Below are positions 16,822-24,531 of a stretch of 64,000 nt of DNA, piece after piece; position 1 is the stretch's first letter, and each line of letters begins with the position of its first letter. The DNA comes from Candidatus Nealsonbacteria bacterium (GTDB lineage: Bacteria > Patescibacteriota > Minisyncoccia > Minisyncoccales > MHMH01). Location of the stretch: positions 130,398-194,397 of the forward strand of contig JACPGX010000002.1 of the NCBI GenBank assembly GCA_016188865.1, read 5' to 3'. The position numbers and the translations under genes were made by a program. The notes beneath the pieces were generated by a model. That model searched no databases. It saw only the letters and a list, made by a program, of their open reading frames with translations, and was not told the origin of the DNA.

Positions 16822-17747
16822 TATTTCATTTTAAAACTTTTAGTCATTTTTATCCAATCTTCGATGCTTAAAGTTTCCGCCCTTTGGGTGGGCTGGATAT
16901 TGTTTGCTAAAAGCCACTCCCCTATTTTATTTTTGTTTATCTTTAGGCTGGCAGACAAATTATTTATTAGCTGCTTTCTCGGTTGGGAAAATCCGGCTTT
17001 GACAATTTTGAAAAAGATTTCCGAAACCGATTTAACACCCGGTGTTTCTCCGTCAACACCGGGTGTTTGACGCGGTTTCGGAAATTCTGGATTCACGGGA
17101 ATAATTTTTATTATTGCTGCGTCTACTTCTGGAGATGGCCAAAAAGAATTCCTTGGGATATAAGAGATAATTTTAGGCTCGGCATAAAATTGCACAGAAA
17201 CCGCCAGAAGGTTCATCCTCGGCGGTTTGGAGCAAATTCTCTGTGCTACCTCCTTCTGCACCACCAGTAATAGATACACGGGTTGCACCCGTGTATTCTC
17301 GAGGAAACGACGGATGACGGGAGCGGTAAGGTAAAAGGGCAGATTGCCGACGACTTTATATCTCAGAAAATCCGATTTCCTCGTTTTAACACCCGGTGTT
17401 TCTGCGTCAACACCGGGTGTTTTTAGGAAATCGGATTTTCTGATATCGTCGCGGATAATCTCCACATTGCCATAGGTTTCACCTATGGATTTTTTAAGTA
17501 TCTCAACCATATTCGGATCTTTTTCTATGGCGATGACTTTTTTAGCTCTCCTTGCTAACTCTTGGGTTAAAACGCCCAAGCCGGGGCCGATTTCCAGTAC
17601 CGTGTCGTTTGGCTGTATGTCGGTGGCCTCGACAATCTGCCGAACAGCTCCACGGTCAATTAAAAAATTCTGGCCGAGTCCCTTGGAGGGTTGGAGATTG
17701 CGGGCCTGGAGGAGGTCTTTAATGACAGATTTGGAAGTTAGGTCCAT
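16821..17747 (-). CDS. rsmA: 16S rRNA (adenine1518/1519-N6)-dimethyltransferase, carrying two in-frame palindromic inserts
   Basis: GQNFLID, VLEIGPGLG (SAM site), VVGNLPFY. 308 aa compared with about 270 aa for typical KsgA. Confidence 0.9.
   Translation of the reverse strand: MDLTSKSVIKDLLQARNLQPSKGLGQNFLIDRGAVRQIVEATDIQPNDTVLEIGPGLGVLTQELARRAKKVIAIEKDPNMVEILKKSIGETYGNVEIIRDDIRKSDFLKTPGVDAETPGVKTRKSDFLRYKVVGNLPFYLTAPVIRRFLENTRVQPVYLLLVVQKEVAQRICSKPPRMNLLAVSVQFYAEPKIISYIPRNSFWPSPEVDAAIIKIIPVNPEFPKPRQTPGVDGETPGVKSVSEIFFKIVKAGFSQPRKQLINNLSASLKINKNKIGEWLLANNIQPTQRAETLSIEDWIKMTKSFKMK
17018..17086. repeat. In-frame palindromic element, copy B (core 17035-17068; 13-nt outer arms)
   Basis: ATTTCCGAAACCG ... 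AACACCCGGTGTT tctccgtc AACACCGGGTGTT ... CGGTTTCGGAAAT. It encodes FPKPRQTPGVDGETPGVKSVSEI in rsmA. Confidence 0.85.
17363..17443. repeat. In-frame palindromic element, copy A (core 17388-17421; 19-nt perfect outer arms)
   Basis: TCAGAAAATCCGATTTCCT ... AACACCCGGTGTT tctgcgtc AACACCGGGTGTT ... AGGAAATCGGATTTTCTGA. It encodes RKSDFLKTPGVDAETPGVKTRKSDFL. Confidence 0.9.
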
Positions 17748-17777
17748 TACGGCATCTTAACACGGATACGGATTTTT

Positions 17778-17820
17778 GGGAGGTCCGACCTCCGTCTAGA
17801 TTTGGCGGAGGTCGGACCTC
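17778..17820. repeat. Double-hairpin palindromic element, copy 2
   Basis: GGGAGGTCCGACCTCC gtctagatttggc GGAGGTCGGACCTC, in the divergent rsmA / LysM-M23 intergenic region. Confidence 0.8.
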
Positions 17821-17880
17821 TTTTGCCGCTGGGGATAACTACCTTGACTGCCTCCTTTGGGGTGGTAGACTGAACTTAGG

Positions 17881-19005
17881 ATGGAAAGCCTGTTAGGTTT
17901 GCCCCAGATACTAAGGAAAAGATGGCTGAAAAGAGCGATTCGGGGGCTTAAAAAATCAAAAATAAGGATTTTGCGGGATTTTAAGGGTTCTTCAAGAGAT
18001 CCCTTGTTTTATTTAGGCACGCTAGCGGTTATTTTATTCGGATTTATCGCTGTTTTGGCGCCAGCCACCGTTAACTCGCCTCTTTTAGCTGAAGACGCTT
18101 TATCGCTAAGGGGAGCTTTTATTATTCCAGCGGAAAAGATACAAGAGTCTCCCGATTTGAGTATTATACAGGGCAACAGCTTAGCCGCTGTTTCGCCTCC
18201 TATTTTGGTAACCCCCCAGGTTTTAGGGGCGCTAGTCGGGGGTGGAGATTTTAGTTGGCAAGAAAAAGAAGTGGTTGAATATGAAATCCAGCCGGGGGAT
18301 AACCTGTGGTCGATTGCCGAGAAATTTAACGTTTCCCTTGAGACTATTTTATGGGCGAATAATCTTAATAAGAACTCTTTGATTCAAATTGGTCAAAAAT
18401 TAGTGATTTTGCCGGTTTCAGGCATTAGCCATCAAGTTGGTAGGGGCGACACTGTTTCGCGAATCGCTCAGACTTACAAAACTAAAATTGATGATATTAT
18501 CGCTTTCAATGATTTATCCGGAGAAGGAGACATCTATATCGGAGATATTTTGATTATTCCCAACGGAGTCCAGCCTCCGCCGGTTATTTATGCTCCTAAA
18601 CTTGTTCCATTGGCTTCCAGTTACTTTCTCTGTCCGATTTCCGAGCCCTGCAGGGTCACTCAAGGTTTACATTGGTACAATGCTATTGATTTTAGCCATG
18701 GTAAGTGCGGAGATCCGATTTATGCGGCAGCTGCCGGCACAATACAAAAGGTTAAACTAACTAATTCTACGTCCAGATGGGCTTTTGGCGGAGGCGGCAA
18801 CCATTTGACCATCCTGCACCCCAATGGCGTAGTCACCTATTACGGTCACTTACAAGCGGCACTAGTAAATCCGGGCGATTATATTTCCCAGGGTCAGATG
18901 ATTGCTATTATGGGCGGCCAACCAGGCACTCCCGGCGCTGGCAAATCAACTGCTTGCCACGTGCACTTCGGAGTTACCGGAGCCAAGAATCCGTTTGCAA
19001 AATAA
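17881..19005 (+). CDS. LysM-domain M23 family peptidoglycan endopeptidase
   Basis: Two LysM repeats (YEIQPGDNLWSIAEKF, HQVGRGDTVSRIAQTY). M23 motifs HLTILH...YGHL and CHVHFGV. Confidence 0.85.
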   Translation: MESLLGLPQILRKRWLKRAIRGLKKSKIRILRDFKGSSRDPLFYLGTLAVILFGFIAVLAPATVNSPLLAEDALSLRGAFIIPAEKIQESPDLSIIQGNSLAAVSPPILVTPQVLGALVGGGDFSWQEKEVVEYEIQPGDNLWSIAEKFNVSLETILWANNLNKNSLIQIGQKLVILPVSGISHQVGRGDTVSRIAQTYKTKIDDIIAFNDLSGEGDIYIGDILIIPNGVQPPPVIYAPKLVPLASSYFLCPISEPCRVTQGLHWYNAIDFSHGKCGDPIYAAAAGTIQKVKLTNSTSRWAFGGGGNHLTILHPNGVVTYYGHLQAALVNPGDYISQGQMIAIMGGQPGTPGAGKSTACHVHFGVTGAKNPFAK

Positions 19006-19034
19006 AATGTAACGGGTACGACCCGTTACATTTT
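19004..19034. terminator. Bidirectional intrinsic terminator
   Basis: aaaaTGTAACGGGTacgACCCGTTACAtttt: perfect 13-14 bp stem flanked by A and T runs, between convergent genes. Confidence 0.8.
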
Positions 19035-19036
19035 AT

Positions 19037-19405
19037 TTATTTAGAGCACTTCATGCAGAATCTGGCTTCGGGCGAGACTTTTAACCGGTCTTCGTCGATA
19101 TCCTTGTCGCAATTCTCGCATTTTCCATATTTGTTATTTGCTATTTTTTCCAGAGCTAAATCAATATTTTTGAGTCTAAGCTCTAAGGTGTGTTCAACTG
19201 ATAAACGACCCTCGTATTCTTCAACTTCGTCAGCTGCCGACTCTAAAGCAGCTCCGCCAAACTCACCGTTAAATTTAGGGAACTTGGAATCCCAGTCCCC
19301 CTTTAGATTAGGATCTTTATCAGCAAAAGTTTTTAGCTGCTCCTCAATGGCAGCTTTTTCTTTTTCTAGTTTTTCTTTGAGTTCTGCGACTAAATTTTTA
19401 TTCAT
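19037..19405 (-). CDS. DksA/TraR-family C4 zinc-finger protein
   Basis: Coiled-coil N-terminus; C-terminal CENC...(x17)...CMKC. Confidence 0.75.
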   Translation of the reverse strand: MNKNLVAELKEKLEKEKAAIEEQLKTFADKDPNLKGDWDSKFPKFNGEFGGAALESAADEVEEYEGRLSVEHTLELRLKNIDLALEKIANNKYGKCENCDKDIDEDRLKVSPEARFCMKCSK

Positions 19406-19659
19406 ATTTTTATAATAGTAAACAAAAAGAGGGTTGGCAAGCCCAGAATGTTGAATATAAATGGACCCAACCCCGCTTTTTATCCCTTTGATACAATCTC
19501 GGGATTTAATTTAGCCAAGTTTTGGCGTTACCCATAAACCCAGCATGAATAAGGAACTAACTATATTATCCCAAAAACAAAAGAGCCGGTCAAGGCCGGT
19601 TATAATTATAAAATAAGGGCTAATTCCTAGTTTTTCCACAGGTTATTAACAGCTGAGCG

Positions 19660-21111
19660 TTATTCTTTTATCTTGTCGATGGTTTTTATAGCGCTTTCTC
19701 CAGAAGAAGTAAATATAAGATAATTGTCGGTTACGGTCCAAACTATTCCAAAATTTTCAGCAAATGAAGTGTAATGCATTGTTGCGTTCTTGTAGATAAA
19801 TTTTGAAAAAGGCTGGATAGTTATCCCCTCGCCATTGCCAAGAAAACTGAATAAGCCGTTAGAGTCGTTTTTAAGAGTTTTCTCCCACGATTCCATTACC
19901 GCGCGAAGCACAACCGGATTATCGGTTCGAGCCACGAAGCCCAGTTGATTTTTAGCTGTTCTAGAAAAAATAAATAGGGTAAAGTCGATATTTATGTTAT
20001 TATAAAAGTTTTCCGGAGTCTTGACCTGAAAAACTTCAAAAAAATCACTTAATCCCCAGAATTTCTTTTCTGTAGTATTTTTAATTAAAATCCTGGCGAA
20101 TTTGCCGTCGCCCAAGTTTTCTTGAAGCATTAGAGAAAGCAAGGCGGGCAATTCTGCTGAGTTGGCGATTTCAATGGTGCGCAAACTTTCAGTTGGTATA
20201 AGTGGCAATGGCGCAGTAGTCTCCTCAGTTATTCGGGGTTTTTCTATTTTTTCGGAAACGGAAACTGGCCTTTCCCTTATGACTAAATACCAATACCAGA
20301 ATGTGGCAATGGTGGCTAAAATTGCCAAGACAAAGAGAGAAACAATAATCCTGATCCAAATTTTTGCAAAGATAGATGATTTTGCCGGAAAATATCCTTC
20401 GATTTTAGGCAACTGAACTTTGGGCAGCTGAACTTTAGGTATTTGGATCTTTGGGAGTTGAACTTTAGGAAGCTGGACGGAAGGAAATTTAAAGGGTTTT
20501 TTGGGGCTCTCGGCAGGTAAGGGTGGCGGTATTGTGGTTTCGGGAGCGGCGGGCACAGAAGGAATTTCTGGTGGGGCCGGTATTATAGGTTCTACGGGGA
20601 GAATTGGCTCCGCCTTCGCTTTCGGAGCTTCTGCGGACAAGGGTTCTGGCCAGGCGCGAGGAGGGGCGGGCCACACCGGAGTAGGTTCTGCTTCTTCGCC
20701 TGATTGTTTGGCAACATTTTCTAAAAATTTTCTTCTTTCTTCTTCTTCTTTTGCCTGGGCTTCTCTGAATTGTGCTCTTAATGATTCTTTTTCTAATTCT
20801 TCTCGATTAGCTTCCTCTTTCCCCGCAGAAAATTCTGCATTTTGGCGGGCTCGCCTCAATGCTTCGCTTTGGGCGAACTCCTCTTTAACTTTAGTTTCAG
20901 TTTCTAATAGTTCTCTTTCTTGAGCAATTTTTTGGGCTTCTTCTAGTCTCGCCCGTTCTTTTATGAGTTCTTCCCCCGATTGAATTTCAGCTATTTTTTC
21001 TCTAGCTGTTTCTGCCTCCTGTTCACGAAGTCGGGCTACGTCTTTTGCCATAGTCCTAACTTCCTCCCTTTTAAGATATTGTATTTTTTTATCGTTGGTC
21101 TCGTTCGGCAT
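19660..21111 (-). CDS. Hypothetical membrane-anchored protein with a charged N-terminus, a P-rich segment and (V/I)Q(L/I)PK pentapeptide repeats
   Basis: 483 aa with SVQLPKVQLPKIQIPKVQLPKVQLPKIE, followed by one TM helix and a ~210-aa C-terminal domain. Confidence 0.55.
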   Translation of the reverse strand: MPNETNDKKIQYLKREEVRTMAKDVARLREQEAETAREKIAEIQSGEELIKERARLEEAQKIAQERELLETETKVKEEFAQSEALRRARQNAEFSAGKEEANREELEKESLRAQFREAQAKEEEERRKFLENVAKQSGEEAEPTPVWPAPPRAWPEPLSAEAPKAKAEPILPVEPIIPAPPEIPSVPAAPETTIPPPLPAESPKKPFKFPSVQLPKVQLPKIQIPKVQLPKVQLPKIEGYFPAKSSIFAKIWIRIIVSLFVLAILATIATFWYWYLVIRERPVSVSEKIEKPRITEETTAPLPLIPTESLRTIEIANSAELPALLSLMLQENLGDGKFARILIKNTTEKKFWGLSDFFEVFQVKTPENFYNNINIDFTLFIFSRTAKNQLGFVARTDNPVVLRAVMESWEKTLKNDSNGLFSFLGNGEGITIQPFSKFIYKNATMHYTSFAENFGIVWTVTDNYLIFTSSGESAIKTIDKIKE

Positions 21112-23191
21112 TATTAATTTCTTTTATAGATAAATTAATTCTGCCTTGTTCGTCTATGGAAATAACTTTTACCGGGACCATATCCCCAACTTTTACTATG
21201 TCTTCAACTTTTTCAACCCGATAAGGAGCTAATTGAGAAATGTGCACCATTCCTTCCTGGCCGGGCAATATTTCAACAAACGCTCCAAAATTTAAAATTC
21301 TTTTGACTTTTCCCTGGAATATCTCACCGACCTTGACTTCTCTTGTGATATTTTTGATCCATTCCACGGCTTTCAGGGCAGCTTCTTCTTTTTCAGCTGT
21401 AACGAAAATTTTCCCCGAATCTTCAATATCAATAGCTACTGCGCATTTTTCAATTATTTCATTAATGATTTTTCCGCCCGGCCCTATAACTTCCCTGATT
21501 TTTTCCGGCCTGATTTGAACGACATATATTCTGGGGGCCCATGGGGATAAATTCGGTCTTGGTTTTTCCAAAACTTTCTCTAAATTTTCTAAAATATGAA
21601 GCCTTGATTTCCTGGCCAAAGTTAAAGCATCCTTCATTATTTTTTCATTTATACCGTCAATCTTGACATCCATTTGAATAGCAGTGATGCCGTTTTTCGT
21701 GCCAGCCACCTTAAAATCCATATCGCCATGATGGTCTTCCGGTCCTTGGATATCGGCAATTACTTTATAGTTTTCGCCATCGCCCCTGATTAAACCTACG
21801 GAAATGCCTGTTGCCGGGGACTTAATCGGCACGCCTGCATCCATTAAGGCCAAAGAGGCGGCAGTTACCGAAGCCATGGAAGTGGAGCCGTTGGAAGAAA
21901 GGATTTCGGTAACAATTCTCATGGTATAAGGGAAGTCGTCGAAATTAGGCACCAAAGGCAAAAGGGCTTTTTCCGCCAGCATGCCATGGCCTATTTCGCG
22001 CCTGCCGGGACCGCGCATCGGTTTTATTTCGCCCGAAGAATAAGGCGGGAAATTATAATGGTGCATAAATCTTTTTTTGCCCCTGATTTCCATGCCCTCC
22101 AAAAGTCTCACATCAGAAGGCGCTCCCAAGGTTAAAATAGATAAAGCCCTAGTTTCGCCTCTGGTGAAGAGTCCTGATCCGTGGGTTCTGGGCAAAACGC
22201 CGGCTCCTATGTCTAATTTTCTGACCTCATCTAACCCCCTGCCGTCAGGCCTTCTTTCCTTTTCGAGAATATTTTTATGGATTAATTTATCTAGCTCTTC
22301 ATCAAATAATTTCTTAGCAGAATTTATTTTTCCACCAGAGGAATACTTTTCTTCAATATGTAAAACCAACTCTTCTCTTAGAGACTCAACTTCATCCATT
22401 CCCCCGCCGGGCCTATAGAGGGCTTTTTCCAATTTTCCCGCCAAGAAATCCTTGATCTCATTTTTGAAGTCAGCGTCAGGAGCGCTCCCCTTAACAGCGG
22501 CTTTTTCTTTGCCGATCTGCTTTGCAATTTCTTTTTGAAATTCAAGATTTTCTTTCAAGTATGGTTTGGCAAATTCGTAAGCATTCATAATCGAATCTTC
22601 TGATGTTTCATTGCCTTCCATTTCAATCATATTGATAGTATCTTCAGAAACAGCCGCTAAAACGAAGTCTAGATCGCTTTTTTCTCTGTCTTCATAATGC
22701 GGATTTATCGTGAATTCATTATTTATTCTGCCTATTCTCAAAGAAGCGATGGGGCCTGCCCAAGGTATATCGGAAACAGACAAGGCCAGAGAAGCTGCCA
22801 GCAATCCAAGTATATCTGGGTCGTTTTGGCCGTCCCACGAAAGGCAGGTAACCACTACCTGGACTTCCTTGCCTAAATTTTTAGGGAATCTCGGCCTGAT
22901 AGCCCTATCTATGGCTCTGGCAGTAATAATTGCTTCATCGGAAGGTCTGCTTTCCCGCCTGATAAAGCGAGAGCCAAGTATTTTGCCTGCAGCATAGTAT
23001 CTTTCTTCGTACTCCACGGTCAAGGGGAAAAAATCCTGTTCAGCCGCGGTTTTTGACATGACGGCCGTGGCCAAAACCATTGTATCTCCATACCTGACAG
23101 TAACGCTCCCGTTGGCCTTTGCGGCCAAGGGTTTCGTTTCAACAATAAGGTCCTTTCCGCCAATTTCTAATTTAAATGTTTTATCGATCAT
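21089..23191 (-). CDS. pnp: Polyribonucleotide nucleotidyltransferase (PNPase)
   Basis: 700 aa with two RNase PH-like halves, KH (GPGGKIINEI) and S1 (GEIFQGKVKRILNFGAFVEI) domains. Confidence 0.95.
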   Translation of the reverse strand: MIDKTFKLEIGGKDLIVETKPLAAKANGSVTVRYGDTMVLATAVMSKTAAEQDFFPLTVEYEERYYAAGKILGSRFIRRESRPSDEAIITARAIDRAIRPRFPKNLGKEVQVVVTCLSWDGQNDPDILGLLAASLALSVSDIPWAGPIASLRIGRINNEFTINPHYEDREKSDLDFVLAAVSEDTINMIEMEGNETSEDSIMNAYEFAKPYLKENLEFQKEIAKQIGKEKAAVKGSAPDADFKNEIKDFLAGKLEKALYRPGGGMDEVESLREELVLHIEEKYSSGGKINSAKKLFDEELDKLIHKNILEKERRPDGRGLDEVRKLDIGAGVLPRTHGSGLFTRGETRALSILTLGAPSDVRLLEGMEIRGKKRFMHHYNFPPYSSGEIKPMRGPGRREIGHGMLAEKALLPLVPNFDDFPYTMRIVTEILSSNGSTSMASVTAASLALMDAGVPIKSPATGISVGLIRGDGENYKVIADIQGPEDHHGDMDFKVAGTKNGITAIQMDVKIDGINEKIMKDALTLARKSRLHILENLEKVLEKPRPNLSPWAPRIYVVQIRPEKIREVIGPGGKIINEIIEKCAVAIDIEDSGKIFVTAEKEEAALKAVEWIKNITREVKVGEIFQGKVKRILNFGAFVEILPGQEGMVHISQLAPYRVEKVEDIVKVGDMVPVKVISIDEQGRINLSIKEINNAERDQR

Positions 23192-23697
23192 TTTTTAGAC
23201 ATTAAAAGGTATTTTTCCGAAGTTTCTCCCAAGTCAATGAATTCATCAGCTACTTCTTTCAGCTTCGCAGAAGCCGATCTCCCAAAAGCTATAACCTCGA
23301 CTCTTATACCTTGGTTTTTCAAATATTCGACTAGTTGCAAGAAGTCGCCATCTCCAGAAACCAAAATAATAACATCTGCCTTATTGGCAGACTTAACAGC
23401 ATCAATGGTAATGCCTACGTCCCAATCGGCTTTTTTCATTCCACCGTAGAATTCCTGCAGATCCCTCACCCTTGTTTCCATGCCCAATTTGGTCAAAGCT
23501 TCAAAAAACGGCTTTTCTTCGCCGGTTTTTGTTCTGACCACGTAGGCGAAAGCCCTGATAAGTTTTCTGCCAGAAACAGCCAATTTTAAAATTTCGCCGA
23601 AGTTAACTCTTGCCTGATAAAGATTCTTGGCAGAATGGTACATATTCTGCACATCAATAAATACGGCTACTCTTTGTTCCTTTTGCTTGAGTATCAT
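23188..23697 (-). CDS. NYN/LabA-like domain protein (putative RNase)
   Basis: RVAVFIDVQNMY ... ILVSGDGDF ... GIRVEVIAF. 4-nt overlap with the pnp start. Confidence 0.8.
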   Translation of the reverse strand: MILKQKEQRVAVFIDVQNMYHSAKNLYQARVNFGEILKLAVSGRKLIRAFAYVVRTKTGEEKPFFEALTKLGMETRVRDLQEFYGGMKKADWDVGITIDAVKSANKADVIILVSGDGDFLQLVEYLKNQGIRVEVIAFGRSASAKLKEVADEFIDLGETSEKYLLMSKK

Positions 23698-23964
23698 TTA
23701 CTTTTTTACCCCAATTTTTTTTATAATAACGTTGTATTTTCGAATATTGGCCTCCTTTAAATAATTCAGGAGCTTTTTTCTTTTAGCCACCATTTTTAAA
23801 AGGCCCCTTCTGGAATGGATATCTTTTTTGTGTTTTTTCAAATGAGAAAGCAGTCTTGCTATTTCTTCTGTCAGCAGGGCAATTTGCACTTCTTCGGAAC
23901 CAGTATCTTTTTCGTGCCTTTTAAAATCTTCTATAACTTTTGTTTTTTCTTTTGTTGTCAGCAT
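23698..23964 (-). CDS. rpsO: 30S ribosomal protein S15
   Basis: 88 aa with [38 protein letters not shown]. Confidence 0.95.
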   Translation of the reverse strand: MLTTKEKTKVIEDFKRHEKDTGSEEVQIALLTEEIARLLSHLKKHKKDIHSRRGLLKMVAKRKKLLNYLKEANIRKYNVIIKKIGVKK

Positions 23965-23997
23965 ATTTTTATTATTATTTATATTCTAACATTTTTA

Positions 23998-24070
23998 TGG
24001 GTCCGGCGCGAATCGAACGCGCAACCTTGGCGTTAAGAGCGCCCTGCTCTGCCAATTGAGCTACGGACCC
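23998..24070 (-). tRNA. tRNA-Lys (anticodon CTT)
   Basis: Manual cloverleaf: GGGTCCG TA GCTC AATTGGC AGAGC A GGGCG CTCTTAA CGCCA AGGTT GCGCG TTCGATT CGCGC CGGACCC A. No encoded CCA. Confidence 0.9.
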
Positions 24071-24076
24071 CTTTGC

Positions 24077-24472
24077 TTATTGGACAGTGCATTGGATTTG
24101 GTACCATTGCAAGAGAGAGGGCGACGCAACAATTCCTGATTTAACTAAAACGGTATTAACTATAACCCAAGCGGCGAAAATAATCAAGAGGCCGATAACG
24201 ACCGAGGTGATTATACCCTGCGCCTGTCTTAGGGTATCCGGTTTAGCCCCGGCAAAAAGGAAAAGAACTCCGCCTACGACTAACATTAAAACCGCCACCG
24301 TTGGTACGACCCATTTGAAAAATTCCCTGACAATATTGTTAATCATCGTAAAAAAGTCGCAAAAAGTACAAGGGCTTTCTCCCGTTCCTCCGCAAGGCAC
24401 CAGCCCTGCAGCAGAACTGAAATTAGGCAGTAAAGCAATCAAAAACAAAAAGCTTATCAATATTATTTTCAT
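24077..24472 (-). CDS. T4SS pilin (VirB2/TrbC-like, LVPCG type)
   Basis: Signal peptide, AAGLVPCGG...PCTFCDFF, two TM helices, IGLLIIFAAWVIVNTVL. Confidence 0.7.
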   Translation of the reverse strand: MKIILISFLFLIALLPNFSSAAGLVPCGGTGESPCTFCDFFTMINNIVREFFKWVVPTVAVLMLVVGGVLFLFAGAKPDTLRQAQGIITSVVIGLLIIFAAWVIVNTVLVKSGIVASPSLLQWYQIQCTVQ

Positions 24473-24495
24473 ATTTTTATTATATCATAATTTAT

Positions 24496-24523
24496 GTTTC
24501 ACGTGAAACCCAGCTTAGCTGGG
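24496..24523. repeat. 14-bp palindrome GTTTCACGTGAAAC followed by the hairpin CCCAGCttaGCTGGG
   Basis: Read directly between the Fic stop and the pilin start. On the minus strand the second hairpin is followed by a short T-run (TTTCAC), so a terminator role is only weakly supported. Confidence 0.6.
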
Positions 24524-24531
24524 TGAAACTT

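Noticed and set aside
7095-17747. Calling the T4SS-like locus an integrative conjugative element or prophage
   Set aside because: No integrase, relaxase, coupling protein, att repeats or phage structural genes are visible. The locus is chained to rsmA and sits next to the origin cluster.
18777-19415. 212-aa + strand ORF
   Set aside because: It overlaps the M23 peptidase C-terminus in another frame. It then runs through a perfect bidirectional terminator and continues antisense to the DksA-like gene. No coherent domain pattern is visible.
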